A stretch of 64,000 bases of DNA from Octopus vulgaris (lineage: Eukaryota), in NCBI GenBank assembly GCA_951406725.2, contig OX597836.1, forward strand, positions 9,176,001 through 9,240,000, given 5' to 3'. Each line of letters opens with the position of its first letter. Position 1 is the first letter of the stretch. A model generated the notes under the pieces. It searched no databases, was not told the origin of the DNA, and saw only the letters and a program-made list of their open reading frames with translations. Positions 39,936-52,243 of this stretch are shown one piece after another. The position numbers and the translations under genes were made by a program.

Positions 39936-40328
39936 TCTATTATATGAAATCCATTCTGTCTGTCTGTCTGTCTGTGTGTCTTCTAGGATCTCGGGCATCC
40001 TCCATCCAATTATGCTCAAAATTGATATGTAGATACCGAGGGTATCAGGGTGTGTATAAGTCTTGAAAAAATTACAAAAATCGATTCCAGGTGAGAATGC
40101 GATCGATAAAGCCGTGGGAACGTGCATTTGTACGCGCAATTACATCAGCTGTTGTGATTGATACTACGCGTACGCAAGAAAAATGCACGGTGTCTCAAAT
40201 TTAGGTGAAATCAGTGTTTCTCAAAGAGGAGGATATGGGACGGTCGGACAAGTTGTTTTGAGAAAATTTGGTTTAAATGTTTGACAACTCAGCACCGTCC
40301 ATTGGACGGGGGGGGGGGCTTTTGCTCG
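39936..40328 (+). mobile_element. Non-autonomous Helitron
   Basis: A|TCTATTATAT start, (CTGT)n, 3' hairpin CCGTCCATTGGACGG then CTCG|T. Confidence 0.7.
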
Positions 40329-40469
40329 TATATATATATATTTGCCTATATGTTTGTCTACCTATTTAGCTATTTGTCTTATTGCCTCCAGCTCTCTGTC
40401 TCACCAAATATTTATTACTACTTAGCTATTCAGTCTTCAATACATTATCATTAATAACTTGTGTTTGTA

Positions 40470-40810
40470 GTCAGTTGTTGCGACTCTGACTGTCCACGGC
40501 TTTGGCATGACCTGATAAGCTTTCTCCATACTGGTTGGTCTTTCGCTTGATTTGCTGTTTATTCTGCTCCAATTCCTTTCCACTTCGTGTTCCATTTTGC
40601 AGTATCTTTGAATCTCAGTCTAGATCTTCCCTGGTTTCTTTTCCCCTTGCATAGTTGGGAGTAAAGAATTCATCTGGAGGGAAGTCTGCTGTTGTCCATC
40701 CTGTGTATGTGTCCCTACCAATGGAAATTTCTAGCAATGAGGATTTCCGTCATAGGCAGCAGACCAGCATGCCATAAGATCTCTTCATTCCTTATCTTGT
40801 CAAAGACAGT
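40470..40810 (-). mobile_element. Degenerate RTE LINE C-terminal fragment
   Basis: RNEEIL...GHIHRMDNSRLP...ILYSQLCKGKRNQGRSRLRFKD on the minus strand. Confidence 0.7.
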
Positions 40811-41430
40811 GATCAAATTCTACAAAAATAATCATCTCAACTTCCTGCCTAAATTTTTGGTTACTCTTGGATTAACCGGCTCTAGGATTATCTACCAACT
40901 TTAATAACAGCAATTAACCCAGTACACAAAACCCTATAACAAAACAACAGTCCCAATATCCAGTCAACTCTACTTGTAATCTTTGGGGAAAATTATTTCC
41001 TAAACTAGCTAACCTCAGTTAAAAAGAAAAAAATACAACATCCTTAAAGTTTAAAATATATTTATGAAATACTATTAAAAATAACTATCAACATAGCACA
41101 ATATTCACAGAAATTTCTTTTTCAATTTTAAACAGAAACTATTAAATTTTACTTCTCTAATGAATCTGTATGCATTAACCCTTTAGACCTCAGATTAATC
41201 TGCCAAATGTAATGCTTATTGACTCACATTGTGTTCAATTAATTATGCATTATCTCATAGCTTTGACATTTTAAGATGATATGATAGTTTATTTTTGGAA
41301 TGACATTGTAGGGTAGGTGTGAGAAGTCACATTGGGCTGGTTTGAAAATAAAACAAATAGAATATTTAGACCAGATATGACTGGTTTAAATGGTACTGGG
41401 TTAATCATGTGAACAACATTTACAAAAATA

Positions 41431-41996
41431 TTGGGTTGTCCGGAAAGTACATGCCGATTTTTAAAGGCAAGAAAAAGGTCAATAAATACTTGCCATTACA
41501 TTTTTAATCAACCAAATATGAACCATTTTGTTGCACAATGCGTCTCCATCTTTCCTTTAACTTGAAAATACCCTCTTCACAGAATTGAGGTGGTTTCATG
41601 GCAAAGAATTCATCAAGGTATTTTTTTATGTCATCCAAGGAATTGAAATTTTTACCATTAAGACTATTCTGGAGAGACCTGAATAAGTGGAAATCTGAAG
41701 GAGCAATATCTGGTGAATATGGAGGGTGGGGTAACACATCCCATCCGAGCTGCAGCAATTTATGTCTGGTTCCCAAAGCATCAAGTGCCGAAAATGAACT
41801 TTCTTATCTTCCATTTTAAAGGGTTACAGAATTAACACAGGTTATAGGAACATAAACCTTCTTCCATGAAAAGATAGCTTAAACTGTGCTCTAAATGGAG
41901 GTGTAGTCAAATCCTGCTTTATGGACTCAACCATGTTCTAAAATAAGTCGAAAGGTAAGCTACTATAAATCGGCACAAACTTTCCGGACGACCCAA
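41431..41996 (-). mobile_element. Internally deleted mariner element, 566 bp
   Basis: TIRs TTGGGTTGTCCGGAAAGT / ACTTTCCGGACGACCCAA with TA TSDs. N-terminal MEDKKVHFRHLML is fused to C-terminal WDVLPHPPYSPDIAPSDFHLFRSLQ. Confidence 0.95.
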
Positions 41997-42712
41997 TAGA
42001 TTATAGAGCTTGTCTTGTGTATATCGCTATTTTATAAATCTGTGTTTTTCTAATTATTTTTATTCATTAACATTAATATTAATATCATTATTGAGGCAAC
42101 GAGCTGGCTGAATCATTAATATGATGGGCAAAATGCTTGGCAACATTTCGTCCGTCATTATGTTCTGAGTTCAAATTCCGCCGAGGTCAACTTTGCTTTT
42201 CGTCCTTTCAGGGTCGATAAAATAAGTACCAGTTGAACACTGGGGTTGATGTAATTGACTTAGCCCCTTCCCGAGAACTTGCTAGCTTTGTGCCAAAATT
42301 TGAAACCAAGATTATTATTATTATTATTATCATTATTATTATTATTATTATTATTGCTATTTTGCTGTTGTTGTGGTTATTTTGATGTTGCAATGGTCCT
42401 TGATATCCTGTCACCAATTTGACCCTTGTTATCGAGCCTTGACAATAAATATTCTATCCATTATTCTTGCCTGGTTTACATGTTGTAATTTTTGGAAATT
42501 TTGTGATCACAGTCAGTGGAGTTCGGTTTATAAGCAGTGCTGGGAGACTAGGAGTAGTGACAGAATGAACGGAATGAATGCCACAGCTTCAAATAAAATT
42601 ATGTCTATGTATATATTCGTATATATATATATATACAAAATACTGTATATAGATACGATTGATCGTTAAATCCACGAGTTTTTTTATTCTCTCTCTATTT
42701 ATTTCCTAATAT

Positions 42713-42751
42713 TCTTTTCTGTTGAAGAGCATAGGCTCGAAACGTAAAAGA
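42713..42751 (+). ncRNA. Minimal hammerhead-like motif with CUGUUGA (A6U) core
   Basis: TCTTTT-CTGTTGA-a-GAGC-atag-GCTC-GAAA-CG-T-A-AAAGA. Decayed sister on the minus strand at ~59385-59420. Confidence 0.6.
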
Positions 42752-42906
42752 CTTTCTCACGTTCCCGAGTGTCAAACTAATACAACTATATATATATATA
42801 TATATACCAGAGTAAACACATAAATGTGAAACAAGGTGGAAAAAAGAGTACTCAAATACCAGAGGTAGAGTAATATGCTTTATTTAGAAGCAGCAGAAAT
42901 TCAACA

Positions 42907-42952
42907 AAAACTGTTACTCGGAGTTCCACGTTCCCGTTCGTCAGACAGTTTT
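42907..42952 (-). ncRNA. Type-I hammerhead motif (A13G-mutated) in Penelope-like pLTR 42805-43000
   Basis: AAAACTGT-CTGACGA-ACG-ggaa-CGT-GGAA-CTC-c-GAG-T-A-ACAGTTTT; same family as 59774-59820. Confidence 0.7.
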
Positions 42953-43229
42953 GTTAAAATAGAACCGATATGACAATTCTATCAAGACTAGTATAAACGT
43001 TACACCTTTAAAAACGGATTTGTTTGATTGGTCCTTTCAAATGACGGTCATATGCAAGCGATAAACAAAAATAAACAAAATAAATGAGTTCAATATAAAA
43101 TATAATTTTATAATTTTATATTTTATTTTATATTTGAAGCACTGTTTGATTTTTTTCCCACCTTTTTGTACCCTTATATATAAAATACTACAATTAGCCA
43201 TCACTTTTGATGGCACGGGGCCAGCTAGT

Positions 43230-43640
43230 CTTTAATAATGTATACATTTTTAGAGGGGACGTGGTTTTTATGTCTGAAAGCCTTTACTATCTCCAGCCAT
43301 TTTCTGATAAAGACTGGGTAGATCTTAGCATGCCAACAACACTGTAGAGGTTGCCTGCACTGCTGCTTGTGGAGCCTACATCTTCTTTGTTGTGGAACAC
43401 AATATATGCTAGGATATTTATATATTACATATAATTTGTATTGTGAGACATTCTCTTCATCTGCTTTTGACTGAGGATACACCAGTTTCAGCACCTTGCA
43501 GCAGAACCACTCCTTCCTGAGTTCCTTCTTACCCACTGTGTAACACGGTTTTCTTTCAACATGTTATCTACACAATTGACCTAATAACCACACCTCCAAA
43601 CTATTATCTATATAGCCTTTACCTCATTAATCTGTTCTCT
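43230..43640 (-). mobile_element. Possible degenerate piggyBac transposase C-terminus
   Basis: FGGV..., VERK and QRRCR...C..C-like fragments across frames, with stops. Confidence 0.35.
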
Positions 43641-43689
43641 ATGCATGATATATCCAAAATATTCTATGCTCAGAATATTACATAATCAC

Positions 43690-44335
43690 TGAAATATTAT
43701 GGTTTGTCCAGAATATTATGGTCTGTCAGGAACATTATGGTATGTCCAAAATATGTTGTGTCCAGAATATTGGGGTATGTCCAGAATATTAGGGTATGTC
43801 CAGGATGTTGGGTTATGTCCAGAATATTGGGTTATGTCCAGAATATTGGAGTATGTCCAGAATATTGGGTTATGTCCAGAATATTGGGGTATGTCCAGAA
43901 TATTGGGGTATGTCCAGAATATTGGGGTATGTCCAGAATATTGGGGTATGTCCAGAATATTGTGGTATGTTCAGAATATTGTGTTACGTCCAGAATATTG
44001 GGGTATGTCCAGATTATTGGGGTATGTCCAGAATACTGGGTTATGTCCAGAATATTGAGGTATGTCTAGAATGTCCAGAATATTGGGGTATGTCCAGAAT
44101 ATTGGGTTATGTCCAGAATATTGGGTTATGTCCAGAATATTGGGGTGTGTCCAGAATATTGGGGTATGTCCAGAATATTGGGGTGTGTCCAGAATATTGG
44201 GAGGGGTCCAGGATATTGGGGTATATCATGAATGTGATATAATCACTAGAATACTATGGTTTGCCAGGAATGTTATGGTATGTCCAGAATATTATGATAC
44301 AGCCAGAATATTGTGATATGTCCAGAATATTGTGG
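43690..44335 (+). repeat. 19-bp minisatellite (TGTCCAGAATATTGGGGTA)n, ~30 copies, degenerate at the edges
   Basis: Direct reading. Confidence 0.95.
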
Positions 44336-44413
44336 TTTATAATGTAGAGATATGTATTTAGCTTTTTCCGAAAGATAAGTATGGAATATGTTTTCTTCTG
44401 TTGACTGTTCTAG

Positions 44414-44627
44414 AGAAGATGAAGACAACCTGCCTCTGGACAACAATGCAGAACCGCCTGCAACCAATAAAAGCACAGAACAACTCTCCATATTGCCGCC
44501 ATCCAACCCTAACACACCAGTAGTTCCTTCTTATGCAGCGAATTTAAATGTAGACACCCATGTGGACAAACCACCACCAAGAAAGATAAGAGTCATCAAG
44601 AAAAACCCACCGGCTCCGGCTCCTTGA
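44414..44627 (+). CDS. NIDO-domain protein, last coding exon (acidic/Pro-rich cytoplasmic tail)
   Basis: gttctag|(K)EDEDNLPLDNNAEPP...KPPPRKIRVIKKNPPAPAP*; phase 2 matches exon 5. Confidence 0.7.
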
Positions 44628-45058
44628 TTGTAAAGAAAAGTTTGTTTTTAACATGGAAAATTTGAAGAATTTTCAAGTAATCTAATGCCTTCAGCATTCC
44701 TTGTAGAGAATGCAAACACCAAGAGAAAAAGCATCTTAAGGAGAAGATATTTATTTTCTTTCGTATTGTTTTGTTGTTTGTTTTTCCTTTTTTGTTTTTT
44801 TTTTTTGTTTTTTTGCTATGTTAAATAACTACTTCTTAAATAAGAAATTAATATTGATTAGGTGAGATATATCTTATATGCATTATGGCTTTTGTGTTGA
44901 ATCATCTACAATCGTCTACCGTTTCTTCAGAACCTAAACCCTTAAACCATAGAGAGGCCATTCACCAGAGAGGGTATAAGCCAATGGGCTTTGGGTGTAA
45001 AGAAACACTTTATGGATATGTAACCCTAGCTAACCCCATAAACCAGCCGTAACTATCT

Positions 45059-45124
<66 letters not shown>

Positions 45125-45167
45125 GATATAAAGATATATACATACATATATGTATATATAGATATAT

Positions 45168-45208
<41 letters not shown>

Positions 45209-45226
45209 TATACACACACACAAACA

Positions 45227-45284
<58 letters not shown>

Positions 45285-45511
45285 ACTTAGGGTATCAACG
45301 AGATACCGCCATGCTGAAAATAGCAGCGAGGATCTGACTCTAAAACCTCCATAAGTGTTCATATAGCACAAGGAGAGAAGACAAAACGACAAAATAAAAC
45401 TAGTAAAAAAATTACTGGATAATTCCAGATACCCTAAGTTATAATTTTTATTATTTCCATGCTGGCCACTTCATAAGATTGTTATTTTATTTTAAGTTAA
45501 CGATCTTATCC

Positions 45512-45576
<65 letters not shown>

Positions 45577-45635
45577 ACCACGTGAATCATTAGCAATTTT
45601 CTTCCTCTGTCTTCTCTTCTTTTGGACTTTCCTCT

Positions 45636-45671
45636 ATTTCTGAAGAAGAGCTTTTGCTCGAAACATTAAAT
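45636..45671 (+). ncRNA. Minimal type-I hammerhead motif in Penelope-like pLTR 45575-45772
   Basis: ATTT-CTGAAGA-a-GAGC-tttt-GCTC-GAAA-CA-T-T-AAAT (stem III CG mutated to CA). Confidence 0.65.
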
Positions 45672-46235
45672 CCTCTTTCTTTCCTATCCTGAGCATCTGA
45701 TAATACAGTACTTGTACCACATACTCACATTGTTGTTTTTACATGTTTGTCCTTCTTTGTCTGGATTCACTATACATATATATGTATACGTATATATATA
45801 TATGTATGTACGTGTGTGTATATATATATATATATGCATATATATATGTATGTATATATATATATATATAATTATATATATATATGTATGTGTATACATG
45901 TGTATATATGTATGTGTGCATATATATGTATGTATATATATATATATGTATGTGTATACATGTGTATATATGTATGTGTGTATATATATGTATGTATATA
46001 TAATTATATATATATGTATGTGTATACATGTGTATATATGTATGTGTGCATATATATGTATGTATATATAATTATATATATGTATGTGTATACATGTGTA
46101 TATATGTATGTGTGTATATATATGTATGTATATATAATTATATATATATGTATGTGTATACATGTGTATATATGTATGTGTGTGTATACATATATATGCA
46201 TGCATATATATCCTGTATATATATGTGTGTGTATG

Positions 46236-46288
<53 letters not shown>

Positions 46289-46715
46289 CATCATCATCAT
46301 CATTTAACGTCCGCTTTCCATGCTAGCATTGGTTGGACGAATATATATATATGTATGTATGTATGTATGTCTAAGTAAAATAATTGCGGTTCAGATGAAA
46401 TGCTTCTTTTGTGTCTGTGAAAAATCTGAGTCAAAATATTAATACAAATGTTTAATCTACATTTGTATTGAATGTACTTTTCTTTCATCTAAATACCTGT
46501 GTGTCATCATGCTTAATGAATACAATCAGAAACTTGAAGTAAGCTTGCTGTGAGGTCTCAATTTCATAAATAAAAGATGAATACAAAGATTTAGATATAT
46601 ATATATATATAAATATAAATAAAAAATAATCTATTTTATGTTTTGTGTCTTTCTATTTCACATTTGGGAACTCAACCTCATTTTATCTCTCTCTCTCTCT
46701 CACACTCACTTTCTC

Positions 46716-46773
<58 letters not shown>

Positions 46774-47189
46774 TTCTCTTACCCTCTCACTTTGTCTATG
46801 TCATCATCATCGTCGTTTAACATCCGCTTTCCATGCTATCATGGGTTGGACGATATGACTGAGGACTGGCGAACCAGACGGCTGCATCAGGCTCCAATCT
46901 GATCTGGCAGAGTTTCTACAGCTGGATGCCCTTCCTAACGCCAACCACTCCGAGAGTGTAGCGGCCCAGTCAGGCAGTACTGGCAACGGCCACGCTCAAA
47001 TGGTGCTTCTTATGTGCCACCTGCACAGGAGCCAGTCCAGTGGCGCTGGCAACGACCTCGCTTGAATGTTTTTTCACGTGCCAATCAGATGCAGCTGAAA
47101 TTATTCAAACTGGAAACAATGAGAATGCAGGAAGACATGAACATTGTGTTCCCTGTGAAGGACGTAAGTCACATAAGACATATGCATAC

Positions 47190-47291
47190 CTTGAATGAGT
47201 TTGGTCTGGAATTCTTTCTGGTTGGCAGCAATATAAACATGGGGAGTTTCTGAGACAATGAATGGGTCTTGAATACTGAAAGGGTAACAGG
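47190..47291 (-). pseudogene. POLD2: Isolated inverted copy of a late POLD2 exon
   Basis: atatcag|CC-CYPFSIQDPFIVSETPHVYIAANQKEFQTKLIQ-G|gtatgc matches POLD2 CYPFxxxDPFIxxxxPHVYxxGNxxxFxxKxIxG; 102 nt, phase 1/1. Confidence 0.8.
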
Positions 47292-47446
47292 CTGATATAT
47301 TTATATATTTTACCTGAGATACCAGGTGAACCACATCATGTCAGGAGGCACAAAGAAGAGCAGCTCTGTCCAACTTGATACTTCACCAAAAACAATACTG
47401 AAAGAGAAACCCAAACACACTGAAGCAGGGTTGTGATTTGACACCC

Positions 47447-47935
47447 TTCCTACTTACTAAGACTTTGGTATTGGCTAGGTTAACCCGAAGGCACTTCGAT
47501 TCTAGACCTTGCTTCCGCACCCTAAACTTCGTCTCTAGTTCTGGCAGTGACTCAGCTATAAGAGAGGGTCATTAGCATAGAGGAACTCCCAGAGGCAGCC
47601 TGTCTTGAATTCTTCTGTTACTGACTGTTGGACTATAATGAACAAGAGTGGGGCTGAGGTCAGATCCTTGGAGAACCCCTACTTCTACTTGGAATTCTTC
47701 ACTATACTCATTGCCAACTCTCACCTTACTGATAGCATTCCTGTACATAGCTTGTACAGCTCTCACCAACCACTTGTCTAGCCATAGTTTCTGCATTGAC
47801 CACCAGATAAGGGATCAGGGAACTCTGTCAAAAGCTTTCTCCATGTCAACAAAAGCCAAGTACAGAGGTTTATCTTTGGCTAGATATTTCTCCTGCATTT
47901 GCCTTACCAGAAATATAACATCAGTGGTGCTTCTA
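47447..47935 (-). mobile_element. RTE LINE RT fragment (same family as 17720-18800)
   Basis: LAFVDMEKAFD, WLVRAVQAMYRNAISKVRVGNEYSEEF, LLYANDP. Confidence 0.85.
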
Positions 47936-50125
47936 ATTAAGGATTTTTGTATTTCTTTCATAAACTAGGGGATGGGCACTGACATTGAGTTTAAGGATTA
48001 TATAATGTAAAAGTATAAAGAAAGAATTAAAGAGCAAAAGGACTCATTATATTGAATGTTATCGATAATATCGAGTGGAAATAGGGGTCGCTGCAGTTCC
48101 ACAGTGCCTATCCATGAGCCGCCACTGCTCATCACAAGCAAATGACTACCACAGGGATTTCTGCATCACAATCCAGATTCAGCCATTAGCCAAGTACCCT
48201 CAATGTGTCCAAGGGTCATCTTGCTAAGACACTCTTCAGTTTCCTCTGTGTTGCACAGCATGCAATCAACCAGGCTCTTGTTTCCAGTCCATTCTTTCAT
48301 GACATCAGTTGGCAAAAATCTCTGACTGCCACTTGCTCTTTTTCCCTTCCACATTTTCTGTTAGGATGGCCTCAAGCAGTGACTCATGGAACATAGCCAG
48401 TCCTGATGAGAGAAGAGTAAAAGTCTGCTCCCAAGAGGCCTTTTTGCTCATTATCTCTATAACAAATGACAGTGTCCTCATTATCATCAGTGATGACTTT
48501 AATAAAATGTATGATAAAAGGTGTGCATTTAACAAATTACTCAAATAGCTTATTTTGGAGCGCAATCTAATATAGAAATTGCTCAACAGTTAACAGACAC
48601 ATTGGGTAATACTGTGATGGATACATGGAGGTTACAAATATGGTACAAGGAACAAAAAGGGTCAAATCTCTCAGAGTTGCATACATCAACTTCAGAAAAT
48701 CTGCCAGCCATCTAATAATTTACCAGTCAGACAAACTGCAAGCCAGAAAGTCTTTGTAGCAGATTTGAAACCAAACTGCTGGATACATGAGTAGACATCA
48801 TGGCCAAGCCACAGTAGTTTCACATGATCGGCCAATTAACCAACAAATCAGCATCAAACCATTGCATGATTCAACTTCCTAGAACTTTCACATTGAGCCC
48901 TATATAAAGGTGGTTCTTGGTAGCAGCTCCAGAATGTTGAATCAGTCACTCAATGTCCTCTTTCTTACGGCACAAATTTTGCTGTTATGAACATAACGCA
49001 ATTATTTCCCAGTTGTGGTGGGCTGGCCATAACTGTTATACCAGTTAAATTCACATAGATCCAAGTAGTATGTCTCTGCCAATGCACAACTGTCGCTTTC
49101 TTTTACTATTTTACTTGCTTCAGTCATTTGAATGTGGCCATGCTGGAGCACCGCCTTTAGTCGAGCACATCGACCCCAGGATTTATTCTTTGTAAGCCTA
49201 GAACTTATTTTATCAGTCTCTTTTGCCGAACTGCTAAGTTACGGGGACATAAACACACCAGCATCGGTTGTCAAGCGATGTTGTGGGGACAAACACAGTC
49301 ATACAAACATATACACACACATACATATATATACATATATACGACGGGCTTCTTTCAGTTTCCGTCTACCAAATCCACTCACAAGGCTTTGGTTGGCCCG
49401 AGGCTATAGTAGAAGCCACTTGCCCAAGGAGCCATGCAGTGGGATTGAACTCAGAACCATGTGGTTGGTAAGCAAGCTACTTACTACACAGCCACCAACA
49501 GAGAAAACAGCACCAACACCATGACAACTTCATACTCAGCAAACAATTGAATAGACAACTGGTTGTGAATGTTTAACCCTTTCCCGGTATCATTCAACAT
49601 ATACTTCCAATCCAGTAATTTAACCTTCAGCACACTGTAGGTGCTTCATGTCACTGTATGAGTTTTCTCCCTTGCAGTAACAGGGGCAGTGGCAGGGGAA
49701 ACAATTCTTGAGAAAATGCAGTGTGCTAAAAGTTAAGGATAAATGTCAAAGGACTCTGAAACAGAAACAATCTAGAGAAAGAAGATATTGAAGCTGGATG
49801 AGTCATTAGACATAAGAACAATGACATATTTAAGACACAAAATGGCACTTGTCATCTGATTGAGCCTTGTTCCATCCATAGATCTAATCTGTGACTCCTG
49901 GAATGTCGTAGAAGCTCCTGGTTATTCTGTGCATTATCAGTCTCCAAAATCCTCAATGTTTGAATTAAAAGATAATCACAGCTGCAACAGCTTTCATAAT
50001 AGGTTTGCTTAACGAAGACTGATCTGGATTAAACAAAACCAACTGAAAGAAAGGAAAATTTGGATAAAGGCCGGTCATTGAGTCTACAACATCACTTCCG
50101 TACAAATAAATAAATTTATTAAATA

Positions 50126-50425
50126 CTAGCAGTATCGCCCGGCGTTGCTCGGGTTTGTAAGGGAAATAACTATATAAGCATTTTGAGAGAGTTATAGCCA
50201 AAAAATAGCAAAAAAATGCATTAAAAATGGAAAAAAAATGATGGTAAATTTTTTTTTTTTAAATCGTAGACTCATCGTAGACGCGCGCTAATACCCAGAA
50301 GGGCTCGATATGAATCACGACTATAAGATACCCGGTTTTGGTTAAACTGCACCGCAAAATATGGGAGTAGTTAGGAATCTAAATCGTAGGAGACAGACAC
50401 ACAACTTCACTTTTATATATAAAGA
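50126..50425 (-). mobile_element. Non-autonomous Helitron (sister at 57750-58045)
   Basis: A|TCTTTATATAT start; hairpin CCCGAGCAACGCCGGG + CTAG|T end. Confidence 0.85.
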
Positions 50426-51089
50426 TATATTATTTTTATCAGGGTCGACTTTTTCTTTTTGTATACATTTTCTCTAACATTCGATTACTTCCCCTTTTGT
50501 CACACTGAAATTTTCTTTTCTTTCTTTCTTTTTACAATTAAGATGTAACTTATTGTTCCCAAGCAATTAAGGTGTATGCTTTTTCATTTTTTATTTAACA
50601 TATCGAAAAAAAAAATACTTAACATGAGAAACAATTATAAATATGGCGCAAATTTCGACTTAATTCACACCGACATTATTTTGCTCCACAATAGATTCTC
50701 ATAAGAATAAAAATAATAAATGGAAGCAAACACACCTATTTCTTTATTACCCACAAGGGGCTAAACACAGAGAGGACAAACAAGAACAGACAGACGGATT
50801 AAGTCGATTACATCGACCCCAGTGCGTAACTGGTACTTACTTAATCGACCCCGAAAGGATGAAAGACAAAGTCGACCTCGGCGTATTTTGAACTCAGAAC
50901 GTAGCGGCAGACGAAATACGGCAACGCATTTCGCCCGGCGTGCTAACGTTTCTGCCTGCTCGGTGCACACCGTTCGACAAACAAAACTTTTTAAAATGCC
51001 AGGCCCTGACAAAGAAGTACATATCAAAACCAGTAGAGTTTACCAATGTGAAACTAATCTTATAAACCTAATGATGGCTAAATAATGTA

Positions 51090-51417
51090 GGGCTTACCTA
51101 CACAAGTGCCCTACTCCTGACTTTGTTTCCTCATAACTTTCAGAAAAATGAATATTTTTCAAAAACATTTTCTACAAAAATCTCTCGGATTACGAATAAC
51201 GTTTTCTTTTCTCATTTAACAGCTATATACGGATCTGAGTCAGTATGTATGTGTGCATGCTTACCGTTCCCCCCCCCACACACACACACATTAAATTTCG
51301 ATATAATCATAATCTACACTATGAACAATTTGTAGAAAAGTTCATTAAAAAATATCAATTTTTCTGAAAGTTATGAAGTAACGAAATCACGGGGCACGAT
51401 TGTGTAGTTGTGCCTAA
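51090..51417. mobile_element. MITE with ~70 bp imperfect TIRs
   Basis: CTACACAAGTGCCC...CATAACTTTCAGAAAAATGAATATTTTT is inverted as AAAAATATCAATTTTTCTGAAAGTTATG...GGGCACGATTGTGTAG. Confidence 0.6.
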
Positions 51418-51468
51418 CGTAGCCCTAGGTATAAATTCTGTCTGAATAATAATAATAAAACAGGGTGG

Positions 51469-51967
51469 GGCGATCTTTCGTTTTGACTCGAAAAAATGTA
51501 AACAAGGAATTCGGTGGTTTCCGTGACCACATGCTGTCTATTCAACTGTCAGTTGCGAAGAGAAATGGGTTGTGCGTGCGCGCTTATTCTTGCTTGTGCG
51601 TGCGTGTGTGTGCGTGTGTGTGCGTGTGTGTGCGTGCTTGTTCTTCTGTGCGTGCGTATGTGTGCGTGCGTGTGCGTGCGTATGTGTGTGCGTGCGTGTA
51701 TGTGCGTGCTTGTTCTTCTGTGTGTGTGTGTCTGTTCTGTTTTTATGTATTTATATGTTGTGGAATGTAGAAATAACACACAGAGGAACAAACATGCACA
51801 CACACACACACACACACACAGGAACATGCACGCGCACACACACACAGAGGAACAAGCACACGCGCACAACCCTCCCAACTGACAAGACAAGTGGTCCCGG
51901 AAACCACCGAAAAGATCCCCACCGAATTCATTGTTTACATTATTTCGAGTCAAAACGAAATATCGCC
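51469..51967. mobile_element. Foldback MITE, possibly Merlin-like, 499 bp
   Basis: TIRs start GGCGAT.TTTCGTTTTGACTCGAAA.AATGTAAACAA. 8-bp flanks CAGGGTGG / CAGGATGG (1 mismatch). Internal (GT)n-rich and (AC)n-rich halves mirror each other. Confidence 0.65.
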
Positions 51968-52088
51968 CAGGATGGTCACGTATAGTATGGTCAGTATAGT
52001 ACTGCTGAAACAAGGCTACCTGGAGAAGACAACCACCGGACAAGTCCATCGTGACAACAAACGGTTGCTAACAACAATAAACCAGACA

Positions 52089-52153
52089 GGAAGCGGAAGT
52101 AACGGAACTGTATTAAGTTGTTCTTCAAACGTTAGAGATTCAGTGGCGCCAAA
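52089..52153 (+). promoter_or_regulatory. Putative POLD2 promoter: tandem ETS (GGAAGCGGAAGT) and E2F (TTTGGCGCC on minus) motifs
   Basis: GGAAGCGGAAGT at 52089-52100 and GGCGCCAAA at 52145-52153, 90-155 bp before the ATG of a replication gene. Confidence 0.55.
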
Positions 52154-52243
52154 TGAGAGAAACTTGCTTTCTGCGAATTGTTACGAAAATATAATAAACC
52201 ATCTTTTTAGATAAAGGGCTGTGAGGTCCTTATTGTCTCCATT

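Noticed and set aside
39911-39946. Potential extra phase-2 exon after ccaaag
   Set aside because: Runs into a Helitron and a stop with no donor; exon 5 joins 44414 in phase without it.
43699-44316. CPEYWGMSRILGYVQNIGV repeat ORFs or CRISPR-like array
   Set aside because: Head-to-tail 19-bp minisatellite with no unique spacers, in eukaryotic DNA.
48166-49090. Unique-looking region with short ORFs
   Set aside because: Contains RTE-like remnants (ILTENVEGKKSK; QLQNVES) with many stops; best read as old LINE debris.
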